Positions 28,701-40,381 of a stretch of 64,000 bases of DNA are shown here, in pieces (the first letter of the stretch is position 1; every line of letters begins with the position of its first letter). The notes below the pieces were generated by a model. It saw only the letters and a list, made by a program, of their open reading frames with translations. It ran no database searches and was not told the origin of the DNA. Position numbers and translations under genes: made by a program. Source of the stretch: Octopus sinensis (lineage: Eukaryota); contig NC_043002.1 of NCBI RefSeq assembly GCF_006345805.1, forward strand, positions 36,270,001 to 36,334,000, given 5' to 3'.

Positions 28701-31700
28701 TGATGATAGTACTTAAATCATAGGGTCAGTTAAATTCAATTATTTACTAATATTAAGTTGATTAGGTTTGAATTTAGTTTCAGATATTTTAACTAGAAAT
28801 AAATAGATGACTCTTCCTTCCTTCAATTTGCCATTCGAGTGCAGAATTAAAAATTGACAAGTTGATGTTGGTTATTCCTTCTGCATACCAAAAGGAAAAC
28901 TACCTTGTACTTTCATAACTTGTCTGATTTGAATTTTGCATTTTTTATGATGTAGTAATTCCATAATGGAAGTACTTGTATAGAAATTGACATGACTGAC
29001 ATGTTAATCATTAAAAAAAATAAATATCATGATTAACAGTATTTTAGCCATTGTATAGGTTTCAAGCCTGTATCTTTGTCAGTTATTTTAAAAAGGATTG
29101 TAGTTATTGAAATGAAAACTGTAATTGAACATTTTCTTTCAGTTCTATCATAAATATATTCTAGTACTTTCTATGTTTTAAAAGTTTTTTATGTAGTCCA
29201 TTATCAGAGTCCCTATAGTTTTTCGACTAATTACTGTTTTTAAAATCTCTTTTTCTTCCTTTTCTCTATTTGTTATATTTTCCTTCTTTTATTGCTGTAC
29301 AAGTAAAATGTTTAAGTGGATAAATATTGATCTGTCAGCTTTCATGGCAGTATTGAGTTTATCTCTACTGCAGGAATTTCATTCTGTTTCTTGGCAAGAC
29401 AATTCTGTGTTAGTTTGTCTAGCTGGAGATTGGGTAGTAAGCTACCTTGAATATTTCTTTTTCTTTATTTTCAACCTCTTATGTATTGCACATTGGACTG
29501 TCCTTGGATGTTCCAGGATATATCAGCTTTTCTACGAGAAGTTGCTAACTCCTCATTTAGCCCTTTTTTTTTTCTCTGGAGAAAGGGATACTGTAAGTGA
29601 TCTAAAACAATTCTTAAAGTACAGTTTAGCTGATGGAGAAAAAAAGAGAGAAAAGAATGCACTCCAGTACTTGATAGTGTATTTACCAACTTCAAAAGAA
29701 TGAAGGACAAAGTTGATCTGAGCAGGATTTCAATTTAAAGTGCAGAGAGCTGGGAAAAATACTGCAAGCAATTCTCTTCAAGGTTAATGAGCCTGTCAGT
29801 TTACATCCTTCAGAAATTATAAATATATCCAATTTATTGAGAATATCTCTATCATTTAATGTTTCATAAACTAAAGTTAAACAAGGTTTAACATTATTTT
29901 TAACTTCAGCTGCTGACTCCCACAATCAACACACTATAATTTAATATTATTTTCATTTGAAAGCTTATAACTTTGAATTACATCGTCTATAGAAAAATTT
30001 CTCTTCCTTTATTTACATATCTTAAAAAGTATCATTGTATGATACATTAAAAGAATTTTAATTTATATATTTTTTTGTAATATTTGGAGGAAAGAAAAGA
30101 AAAAAGTGTTCCCTTGTCAAAGAAAAAGATAACTTATTTTTTTAATTTGATAGATTAGAGAATACGCAGGCTGGAAAGTGAAAACCTTTAACTCTGAATC
30201 TGCTGAAGAGTAAGTGTGAGCATTTCATTTCTATTTGTAGTGCAGTGAAAGCCAGTCATGTGTTGATCTCAGCCAGTGGTACTGTCCAGCTTTCTGGATT
30301 ACACAATGCTCTCTCTATGATCCAAAGTGGCAAGCGACTCCGGCGACTTCATGATTATCCTGCTGCTGCCATTAACATTTTACTTTGGCTTAGTCCAGAA
30401 ATACTTGAACAGGTTAGTTACGTTGCTTTATACAATACCTTCCTTCTATTTCTAGCTTTATATTTTGACTTAGTTGAAAATATTCGTTTATAGTTTTCTC
30501 TTTTCTACAATCACTTGACAGCATTTTCAACTAAGCTCACGTATTGCAGCCATCACTTTTCCACTTCATACCTCAAGCCACTTTAAACATGTTTTCCCAA
30601 TTCTTCTTTGAAATAGCAACCTTTTCAAATTCTCTTTTTGCTTAAGTTTATTTTTTTTCTCCTAACCACTAATCTTTGTCATAAAATTGAATATCAATTG
30701 TATCAGCATCCACTCCAGTAGTATATACATCATCATCATCGTCTGCTTTCCATGCTAGCATGGGTTGGACGTGTGACTGAGGGCTGGCGAACCAGATGGC
30801 TGCACCAGGCTTCAATCTTGATCTGGCAGAGTTTCTACAGCTGGATGCCCTTCCTAACGCCAACCACTCCAAGGGTGTAGTGGGTGCTTTTACATGCCAC
30901 CAGCACGGGGCCAGTCAGGCGGCACTGGCAACGCCCTAGCTCAAATCTTTTACACATGCCACCGGCGCGGGTACCAGTAAGGCAATGCTGATAATGCTCA
31001 TGCTGTTTTTTACGTGCCACCGGCACAGAGGCCAGATAGCCACTCTGGCAACGATCATGCTCAGATGGTACTCTTAATACCCTACTAGCACGGGGCTCGA
31101 GTGCCAGTAGTGCGACAATTAAAATTGAATAACATTATATGTATATAATTATTATTTCATAAGAGAATTTTAAAATTTGAATCCTATTAGAATCATTTGA
31201 CATACTTTTTTAACTTTTCAGAATATGGCTGGTTATGATACTCGCTCTGACATCTATAGTATTGGCATTCTGGCATGTGAATTAGCAAATGGTTATGCTC
31301 CTTTTGCTGATATGCCAGTAACACAGGTAAGCTGTTGGGGTTTTTTTTTATTTTTATGATACTGTTGTATATAGTGAAAATTAACAACCTGCTAGATATT
31401 TTGAACATATTCTATCTTCAAAATATCCTCAGTCAAAATATATATAAAAAAATCTTTGATAGCAATTATATTGTCTGATGGCTTGTTGAATGTGTCTCGG
31501 CTAAAATTTGGATGTCACTATAGCCTTCATCACTCATTTGTTCACTAACTATTAGTACAATACTCCTTTTCTTGCTGCTTCTGACCATTTCTCTTTTTTA
31601 AAGAATAAAACAATTATGATTTTGTAGGAAACAAATTTCTCTGTTATAAATTCATTTTCTCATCTGCTCTGCTTTAATTTTAGATATGCTCATTTTCAGG

Positions 31701-34700
31701 ATGTCTCCATTCTAAACTAGTTAATATTCAGTATAACAGTTCTTTTGCTTTGTCAGTAAGAGATTCCTTTTAAATGTGTATTCTCCATACAGAATGTATG
31801 CCCTCTAGTGCAGATTAACCCTCACTTTTTTTTTTTTAATTTCAAACTCATATTTAGTGGCTCCAGCTCAAAATATATATTTAAAACTTAATATTGAAAG
31901 CTTTAATAAAGATTTGGCCACTTCTCACTCATCTTTGTAACTATTTAAACACAAGTTTTGTTTGAAATCTTGTGTTATTCAATCAGATTTCTTCTTTCAA
32001 GAATATACTCTTCTTTTTTGGTCAGATTACATATGAGACTGGATTCAAAGCAGAAAGCTATTTCCTCTTTGATATTCTCTGCCAAAGTTACTGATGTTGT
32101 TACCAATAGAACATTCTTCTAATCCAGTGCAATTATGAACATTATATATCATAGAAAAATTAAGGCATCTTTTCAATCAGACCAAAAAGCTGTTTCCTAC
32201 TTATTCAAAATTCATATTGTAGTTAAAGATACCACTTAATACAATTATAAATCTAAAATATGTTAATTTTATTTCAGATGCTTTTAGCAAAATTAAATGG
32301 CACCAAACCAGTTTTACTTGATTCTCGCACTATCATTGAATTTGGTGGCGTCCACAGTACTATGAGTAATATATCATTTTCTTATTTTAACTGCCCTAAT
32401 TATACGTCTTTTTTCAGAATTATTGAAATATTTAGTTTATTTTTAAAGCATATGTTTTAAAATTTTTATGAAACTATTTCCTTCCTTGAAAGGTTACACA
32501 AATTTATTTTGTAAACTTTATCTTTTGTAATACCAATTATTGGATCTTCTTCTATCTCTAAAGTTGTGATCCAGCTACATGTTGATTTAATACTGTTTTT
32601 CCTTTTGTATTATTATAATTATCTTCTTAAACCCATTATATCATATCTTGTCCACTTCAATTTTTAAGTCCCACTGTACATACTGCACATAAGTATCTTT
32701 TCATTAGATTTTCCACTTTCATTACTGTGCTAAATAATCTTATATTGTTCCTCTACTCAGAAAACTGTTGCATAATCTCGGGTCAAACCTGATTGAGCAC
32801 ACCTGTAGGTCGTCAATTGAAGGACTTGTTTTGATCCATATATATGAATATGACCTACCTCCATCTAGTTGAGAACCATACTGCATATTCTGATATGCAG
32901 CAGTTAATTACATTTTATACAGTGTTGAAGTCTGAGAGTGTTGTACTCTCTCCACTATCCAACCTGATTATTCTGTATAGCTTTAGATTCTGGAGGTAGT
33001 TACAGTGTGGAGGAAGGTAAGGTGAACTCTATTTGAACACATCTGCAATAAGTTACTCTACACTTATTATTGAGGATTGTGCATTACAGGACAGTGTTAC
33101 TACTGTTTTTGCATGTATTTGTTATGTTTGTGGGAAAGAAATATATATCTTAGGCTATTGTTGTAGCAGAGTTGAAATAGTTGTAAAAGGTGCTAGTTTG
33201 TTTTGGAGTGATTGTACATGTTAAGACTAGAAATGTTTGAGTTGCAGCCTGCTGCAGATAGTTTTGTAAAACTATTATTTTAAGAGATCTTCATTTCAGA
33301 TATTTTAATAAATATTTTTTGATAATTTTTTTTAATGTTAAAAAATTTGGAAAAACAATTGAATTTTAACATTGTTACTATTGTCATAATCAGTTTTTCA
33401 TGTTAGCTTGGGTTAATCTTTGTTTGATGTTTCATCATTGAAAGTTTTTGAAATTTTTCTTCAAATTTTTCTGGAATAGTACATTGAGTGCAAATATCTG
33501 CATCTAGATCTTCACTTACCAACACATTATTATACTACCATACTAAATATCATCCCCCAAATTGCATGCATTTTGAAACATTGTTATATGTTAACTCTTC
33601 CCACTACCAATCACTAACCTGGGGCAATTCAAACTGAACACTATCTGCACTAATGTTCTTATATAAGCTGGAAAAGAAATTTACCAGCACACCCAGATGC
33701 TGCTTATGTTCAGCTTGAACTGGGAAGACATGGGTAGAGAGGGCATTCTAGTTTTGGAAAGCATTGTTTATACTATGTGAGAAACAGTAGGGTGGGGGAG
33801 GTGAATACATCAAGTGGGCTTGAGTGGATGTGGATGCAACTTACTAGTTCAGAGAAGCAATGGAAGAAACAGAGAACAACACATCTGTGCATTTACTTCA
33901 CTTGTATGTTGGTAAGTAAATTTTGCCAATCTACTGGATTTTATGTGGAGGTGGTCTTGAATGTTTTGTATGGATCTACTGCTGTTACACCAGCCCGAAT
34001 TTGTGAGCAGTATGATGGGGCCCAGTTGTTTCTTTGTTACAGTCTAAGGGAGCATGAAAAATTGGCAATAGGTTCTAGCTCTTCTCTTCAGAATTATGAA
34101 AATAACAAAAAAAAAAGAAAGAAAATCTTTGGTATACCAGTATTCTGGCTGAAATTTGTATCAGTTAGGACATCAGAATTTCAATTTTTTTAATTAAAAT
34201 TTTTTTTTTTCTTAGTATTTTTCTTTTTCTGAAAAAATTTCAAACAAGAAAAATTCATCCCATTCTCCCAATAGGTAGTGTGACATGATAATTTGTGATA
34301 TTATTAAATTTTTAATATTTAATATGAATGTTTGGAAATCTAATTTTCAAGAATCTAGTCATTTTAGTAAAAATTATCCTTGTTCTTTTTTGTAGTTTTA
34401 TTTTTTAAAAGATTTTATTCTAATTTTAGGTAATCGGCTAAGTACAAACATTGCCAAAGAGTCACCAGCTTACACCCGAACATTTTCTTATGCTTTTCAT
34501 AACTTTGTTGACATGTGCCTGGAGAAAGAAGCTCACATGAGGTAAAAAGAAATACATTTCAAAAAATCATGTTGGCAAGTTAGCCAAAATGATAGTATCA
34601 GACTAAATGCTTTACAACATTTAGCTGTTAGCTTTTAACAGTTTCAGTTTAAATTCTGTCTGAGATTGAAAACGATATTCTGCAATCATGTATGAAAATT

Positions 34701-36946
34701 GTTGAAGCTAGTGTTTGTGTCAATGATGTAGCATCTGTGTAGTTTTAAGCCCTGCTAGAAATAGCCACATCTCCTTCAAATCACTTTACCATTTAAAAAA
34801 TGGGAAGACATATTAGATAATGTTATCCTAGATGTACCACACTTCATAAAAACGGGACGGTCACTGTTGGAATGCCTTTAATTAATGAATCTTCTTGAAG
34901 TTGATCTAGTGGTTAAACAACAGCAATAAAATTTGTTGGGAGAAATTTCCAGGAGGATACATTTCAGTTGAAGAGAAAGTAGTTTTTTTGGTGGGGGTGT
35001 TCTTTTTTTTTTACATAAGTTAGGTATGATGTGAAACTCAATAGGGAATGATATGAAGGAAAAAGGTGGGTGCACCAGATGGAGCCTATCCAAGGTGATA
35101 TTCATCCTTGACCTTTCCTGAAAGACCAAAATGCATGAACATGTTGCACATTTCAAACAAAGGAATGAAACAATGATTAGACAAATGCTAGGATAACTTT
35201 TAATGCATAGACTGTATTTTTGCGTGAGATTATACATATATTTTTAGATACACACACACACACAAACAAATGCACACATTCATGTTTGAATCCATAAACA
35301 AGAGAAAGAAAACTTGTATTTTATTTGTTCATTTGAAACTGATTCACTCTGTTCTTATTCAGTGTTTGACCCATCAACTTATTAGTGGCAGAGTGAATCA
35401 TTATCTTTTAAGTTAATATACTTAGCATATTTTTAGTGTTTATTTTTTTTTTTTTATGTTTGCACAGCATTAATGCATGTATAATATATAGATAGATAAA
35501 TGTATACACATGAACACAAATTTGTGCGTGTGTATGTTTTAGAAATCTACAATTGAGAAACTCACTCTCGTTGATTGTGAGATTTAATTTATAAATAAGA
35601 ATAGTTTCTTAAATCTGGATATTTTCATCATTCCATTTTGAAAATAAAAGAATGATATTTAAATAAAATTTTTTGCAAGACATTCAAAGGCTTTTTCTTT
35701 TATCCTTTTTCCTTTCTTCTTCTCTTAGGTTGCCTCTTTCCAGTTTATTGAATCACGCATTTCTAAAGAACCTCCGCAAGAATACAGCAGATATCTTACC
35801 TGGTTTACTACATCCTGTAACTCCTCTCACAGATATCAGTAAACTACCAAAACGTAAGAGAATCTTTCGACTTTTAATGCATTTTCTTTAGTCATGTGTA
35901 TATGTATTTTCATAGCCTCGCCTGGCCTCCGTGCCGGTGGCACGTAAAAAGCACCATCCGAGCATGGCCGTTCGCCAGCCTCATCTGGCACCTGTGTCGG
36001 TGGCACGTAAAAAGCACCCACTACACTCACGGAGTGGTTGGCGTTAGGAAGGGCATCCAGCTGTAGAAACACTGCCAGATCTGACTGGCCTGGTGCAGCC
36101 TTCGGGCTTCCCAGACACCAGTTGAACCATCCAACCCATGCTAGCATGGAAAACGGACGTTAAACGATGATGATGATAATGATGGCGGTGGGAGTAATGG
36201 AGAAGATAATGCTGGAGGGTATCATGGAAAGAGACAGTGGTGACATAAAGTCATGGTAAACTGTTGTTTACTAGTTAGAAAGAGAGAATGAGTGATATGG
36301 AGAAGAGAGAGTGATGGCTCGCAATACAGGAAGGTGATGTTTGATGATAAGAGATAGTATGTGATAATCTTAGAAATAGATGGTGATAGAAAGAGAGTGA
36401 TGTATATTAACAAGCAATCTAGATGAGAGGGAGTGATAGTAGTACAGAAGGGTGATGACGAGGGTCGTATTGATTACAAACAGATTCGATGAAATCCCTT
36501 GTTATGCAAGCATAACAACAGGAGAGAGGTAATGTGATAGGAATGGTGGTAAGGGTGAATGAGTATTGACATCCTTTGTTACTTTGGGCAAAAAGACGAG
36601 TCTAGGACGAAGAAAAAGAGTTAAAAATGAGGAGGTCTCAAAGAAGAGTGGGGAAGCAGATGGAAATTTAACAAGAACATGTTGGATGAAAGACTCAGAT
36701 TAAATTATACTATACATCCCCACTTCTGTCATTACTATTATATGAATGTTTGATTTGCAATGTTTATGTGGGTGACAGTTCTTTTAACTTATTCCTGATT
36801 TGCTTTTTAGAAACTCAAGAATGACACATTATTTCAAAAGTTATTTAATATTTCCCTTCTTTCTTATTTTAGAAGATGGCTCAGAAATGGATGAGTTGAT
36901 AGATGCAACAGAGGATATAAGTATTGAAGATAAGTGGATTTTCTGA
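20384..36946 (+). CDS. STRADA: STE20-related kinase adapter protein (STRAD alpha/beta co-ortholog), pseudokinase, 403 aa, 12 coding exons
   Basis: Hand-assembled GT-AG exons in consistent phase: 20384-20395 (MSFL), 23909-23983, 24256-24352, 26779-26897, 27112-27220, 28138-28261, 30241-30412, 31222-31326, 32278-32365 (donor least certain), 34430-34541, 35729-35853, 36873-36946; total 1212 nt. Peptides [82 protein letters not shown] and terminal KWIF match STRADA/B. Confidence 0.93.
21241..21430 (-). mobile_element. Short 3' tail copy of the RTE family
   Basis: catcatcatttaacatc...catgggctggatggtttga...gctggatgcccttcct shared with the 7954 copy. Confidence 0.7.
21470..21650 (+). mobile_element. 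tRNA-derived SINE; related copies near 13500-13610, 17605-17730, 20600-20780, 41880-42100 and 55200-55700
   Basis: Shared core gaggtcaactttgcctttca...ggggtcgataaaataagtaccagt...cactggggt; family name not established. Confidence 0.65.
24537..24720 (+). mobile_element. tRNA-derived SINE (ggagtggctgtgtggtaag... family)
   Basis: A-box-like and B-box-like (GGTTCAGTCCC) head, conserved body ...caccttgggcaagtgtcttctact...gaaactgaaagaagc; many copies in window. Confidence 0.7.
24725..25740 (-). mobile_element. RTE LINE 3' fragment (thumb, C-terminus and 3' UTR) in STRAD intron
   Basis: Minus strand reads SFHYLG...[26 protein letters not shown]; colinear with 8600-9200. Confidence 0.8.
30728..31110 (-). 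mobile_element. RTE 3' UTR/tail copy between STRAD coding exons 7 and 8
   Basis: catcatcatcatcgtctgctttccatgctagcatgggttgg...gtttctacagctggatgcccttcctaacgccaaccactcc plus about 3 UTR repeat units. Confidence 0.8.
35913..36180 (+). mobile_element. RTE 3' UTR/tail copy between STRAD coding exons 11 and 12 (opposite orientation to the other STRAD-intron copies)
   Basis: ggagtggttggcgttaggaagggcatccagctgtagaaac...ccatgctagcatggaaaacggacgttaaacgatgatgatg. Confidence 0.82.
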
Positions 36947-37390
36947 CAGTTATTTGAGCAGCTAAATGTTTAAAATTACTTATTATTCAGCCTTGTTGGT
37001 GGACATATCACATGAAGGTTTCTTCTGGAAAGAGCTCAAATAAATGATCTATACTAGACAAAGTAAAAAACAGCAACTCCTGTGTCTCACTCCTCTCATT
37101 TCTTGAGGCTTATGAAGTTTTTTGTCTATGTTAACTTTTTATCTTTGTTGAACAATACTTTATCTTTGTCTATTATATATTCAAATAGATTCCTGATTTC
37201 AGTGTCTGTTTTTATACATAAAATAAATATCCAATCAATTCTTAATTTTGATGACTTTTTTTTTAAAACTCTTACTGCATAAAATAAAGAACATTTTCAA
37301 AGACTGACAAGTACTGACATGTGTCCTTGATTGTGTACGAGTTTCTGTCTCTCTTTTAGTAATATTTGCATTTGTGGAAAGTAAGAGGTA

Positions 37391-38643
37391 TTGGGTCATC
37401 CCATAAATAATGTGGGTTTTTTTATACTTTTATTTTTCAGTTAAGATAAAGTTCTTTTTTAATCTAAATATACTCTCCTTCATTTTCTACAATGTTTTTC
37501 CATCTATCTGGTAGACTTGCAAGGCCCCTCTTCCAAAATTCACTTGGCCATGACAGAAAATACTCCTCCAGTACTGTTCTGACCTTTCTATTGAGTTCAT
37601 ATTTCTTCCATCCAAATGATTTTGAAAAATGTGGAATAAATGATAATCAGATCAGGCAATGTCCAGTGAATATGGTGGGTGGGGCATCATTTCCCATTCA
37701 AACTGCTCTAGCCTTTGGAATGTCATCCTTGCTGTATGTTGCTGAGCATTATCCTGATGGAAGAACACCTTTCATCTTGAAACCAAAGAAGTTTGTTTTT
37801 CTTCTAGTGCTGACTTAAGCTGCTCAAGCTGCTTGATGTAGATCTCCCATATTATTTAGTTTGGGTTTAAATGTTCCAAGTGGACTAGACCTTTCATATC
37901 CCTCCAAACAGATAACACTTTACATAGGAAGACCTTTTTTAGCCTGGGGTGTTTCTTCTTTCCCTATCCACTGTCTTCAGCTCTTGACATTCTTATAGAG
38001 AGCCTGTTTCTTGTTGCCAGTCACTATTGGTCCAAAAAGGTTTATTCATGAGATGTGACAGCAAAGAAGAGCACATATTCACTCTCTGCACACGATTAGA
38101 CTTGGAAAGTTTGTGAGGAACTTATTAACCCAATTTGCTGACTTTTCCGATGGCACACAGGTGTCGATGAATGGTTGAATGACTAAATCCAAGCTTCTCT
38201 GCTTGTTCAACAGTTAAAATGAGATTTTGTTCCACCAGGGTTTGCAAGGCGTCCTTGTCAAGCTCTACAGATCTTCCAGGATGAGGCTCATCTTCTAGGC
38301 TGTAGTTTCTAGCTTGGAATTTCTGGAATCGCTGTTGACATTAGCTTACACTTATTGTCTGATTCCATATACCTCATTAATATTCCTCACACTTTCTGAT
38401 GCATTGTTGCCTTTATTGAACTCATAAAACAAAATATACTGAATATGCTCCTTTGTCACTTCCATTATAGATTTGAAAAATATAACTGTTAAATCAAACT
38501 CTACTCTTCAAAACTTGCACTAAGAATAAAGTAAAATTACTACCTGATTTTATAGCAAGTTGATGCAAGTAGTTTATCCCATCCCCCTCCAATTTCTAGT
38601 TAATGCAATTGAAAAAAACCGCACTAATTATGTGATGACTCAA
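37391..38643 (-). mobile_element. Full-length (1253 bp) decayed mariner transposon
   Basis: TA duplications at 37389-90 and 38644-45. Imperfect TIRs ttgggtcatcccataaataatgtgg / ccgcactaattatgtgatgactcaa. Transposase from ATG 38465 (MEVTKEHIQYILFYEFNKGNNA) with IVTGNKK (decayed GDEKW), FHQDNA and HPPYSLDIA*SDY; multiple stops and frameshifts. Confidence 0.9.
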
Positions 38644-39659
38644 TATATTCATATATCCAGTGGTGACTTTAGAACTGAAGGATTGCAGTGACAATTTGTG
38701 TCTTGAGTGAGGATAGATTTTCATTCACCAGGGACAAAGTTTAAATTATAGTAAGTTTAATTACTTAATTACAAAATCAGTTTAAATTACAGTAAGTTTT
38801 TGTGACAGTAATGGGACACTAACTTAAAAATCAGGAAGTTGAGCAAAAGAAAAACTGTTGTTAATGACTTTATAGTAATTTTAAACCCAGAGGTGGTCAT
38901 CGTCGATGATGATAGCTTTTGAAAGAGTATCTATCTTTCATGCAAGTAGATATTATTTTCTGTATAAAATTTTGGATGATGACTCTTAAAAAGTATATTA
39001 TTTTTGATTTGGTGAAATGAAAAATATTACAGCACCTGCTTTCAGTTTAATTTTTTAAAATTTTTTTACTGTGAAGATGATGTCTTCTTTCAGAATATAC
39101 AGTTTGCTAAAAATTTTCAGCTTTTTGAGTGGAAAAATTTTTTTTTCAACTTTATTACTTCATTTGATCTTTATTTATATTCAGAAATATAAATAAACAT
39201 AAATCATTTGATCATATTCTCATTTTTGACTAAAACCTTTCAATTTTGCCAGCTTGTTTTGTTATCTAAGTTCATTATATTTTTATCAGCTCCCTAAGGA
39301 ATACACAAGACTTTATATTGAATTTAATTTTGTAGGAATCTATTCTTCTAAATCAAGCATGAGACATGGCTCATTATCAGGTGGGCCACACTACTAAAAA
39401 ATTTAGAGTAGTTTTCCATTAGTAATGTCATTCATAAAGTCCTGTAGGTTGCAGTCTGCCTATGACTCATCTAAATAAAATTAAAATTAACATATCATTT
39501 GTATGCCTGTCTCTTAGATGATGAATCAATGTTTTGTCTCCTCAGCAAACACTTTAACTTTAAAGTGTTCAGTTTACAAACAGTAAACAAATATCACGAG
39601 AGAGGTAGTGCAATGTTTTCTTTCTTTGGCACTCTATTAGTTATGACATCAATTGTTCT

Positions 39660-39900
39660 AGTTGATATGATCAATTAAACGGTCTGTTTGTAAAATTAAC
39701 ATGCAAGTGGTTGAGTACTCTACATAGTTCTTAGGGAGATTTTGCATGATGCAGAATGTGACAAGGCTGGCCCTTTGAAATACAGGTACTACTCATTTTT
39801 CCAGCTGAGCAAACTGGAGCAATGTGAAGTAAATTGTCTTGCTGAAGGACATAATGTGCTACTGAGAATTGAACTCATGACCAAATCATGAACCAAAACC
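39660..39900 (-). mobile_element. tRNA-derived SINE, same family as the + copy at 49304-49555
   Basis: Reverse complement shares cagctggcaaaaatgagt-gtacctgta-ttcaaa-ggcc-ccttg-aca with the 49420-49470 segment. Confidence 0.6.
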
Positions 39901-40381
39901 CTTTGCTCTAGTAAAAATAATTGCAAATAAACTGGATTAAACTCCACTGTAGTACATCAACATTACATTACCTGGTAACATCTTCCTCATGATACATCTT
40001 AAAACTTATTTCAAAGAGCTTTGATTAATTTTGGCAATTAATCAAAGATTTTTAAAATAATACTAAAATATTAGAATTAATAAAATATCAACCATAAAAC
40101 TTTAACACAGATTTCTTAAGGCACTTTATGTATTTTGAAGAACATAATTTGTATATAAAGTATAAAGACAATTCATTTAAGAATTCAACAATTTATCTAG
40201 AAAAAGTGTCTTTGAAACTGATAGTTTTTTTTATGTTGTTATGATTAAAAAGTTTAATTCTCTACTCATGAATATCCAATTTTCTGAAATTACACTAATT
40301 ACACCAATTTTCTGAAATTACACTTGAAGTAAAATCAAATTCTACACAGGTTATGCAAAGTTAATTAAAAATAAATTTAGT

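Noticed and set aside
33777-34193. 138-aa intronic ORF (also 377-613, 1183-1494, 29308-29703, 57797-58228)
   Set aside because: No recognisable domain, low-complexity or repeat-derived composition, and no coherent splice context.
40276-40324. 21-bp direct repeat with 28-bp period in the MPST 3' UTR
   Set aside because: Two copies only; ordinary local slippage duplication.
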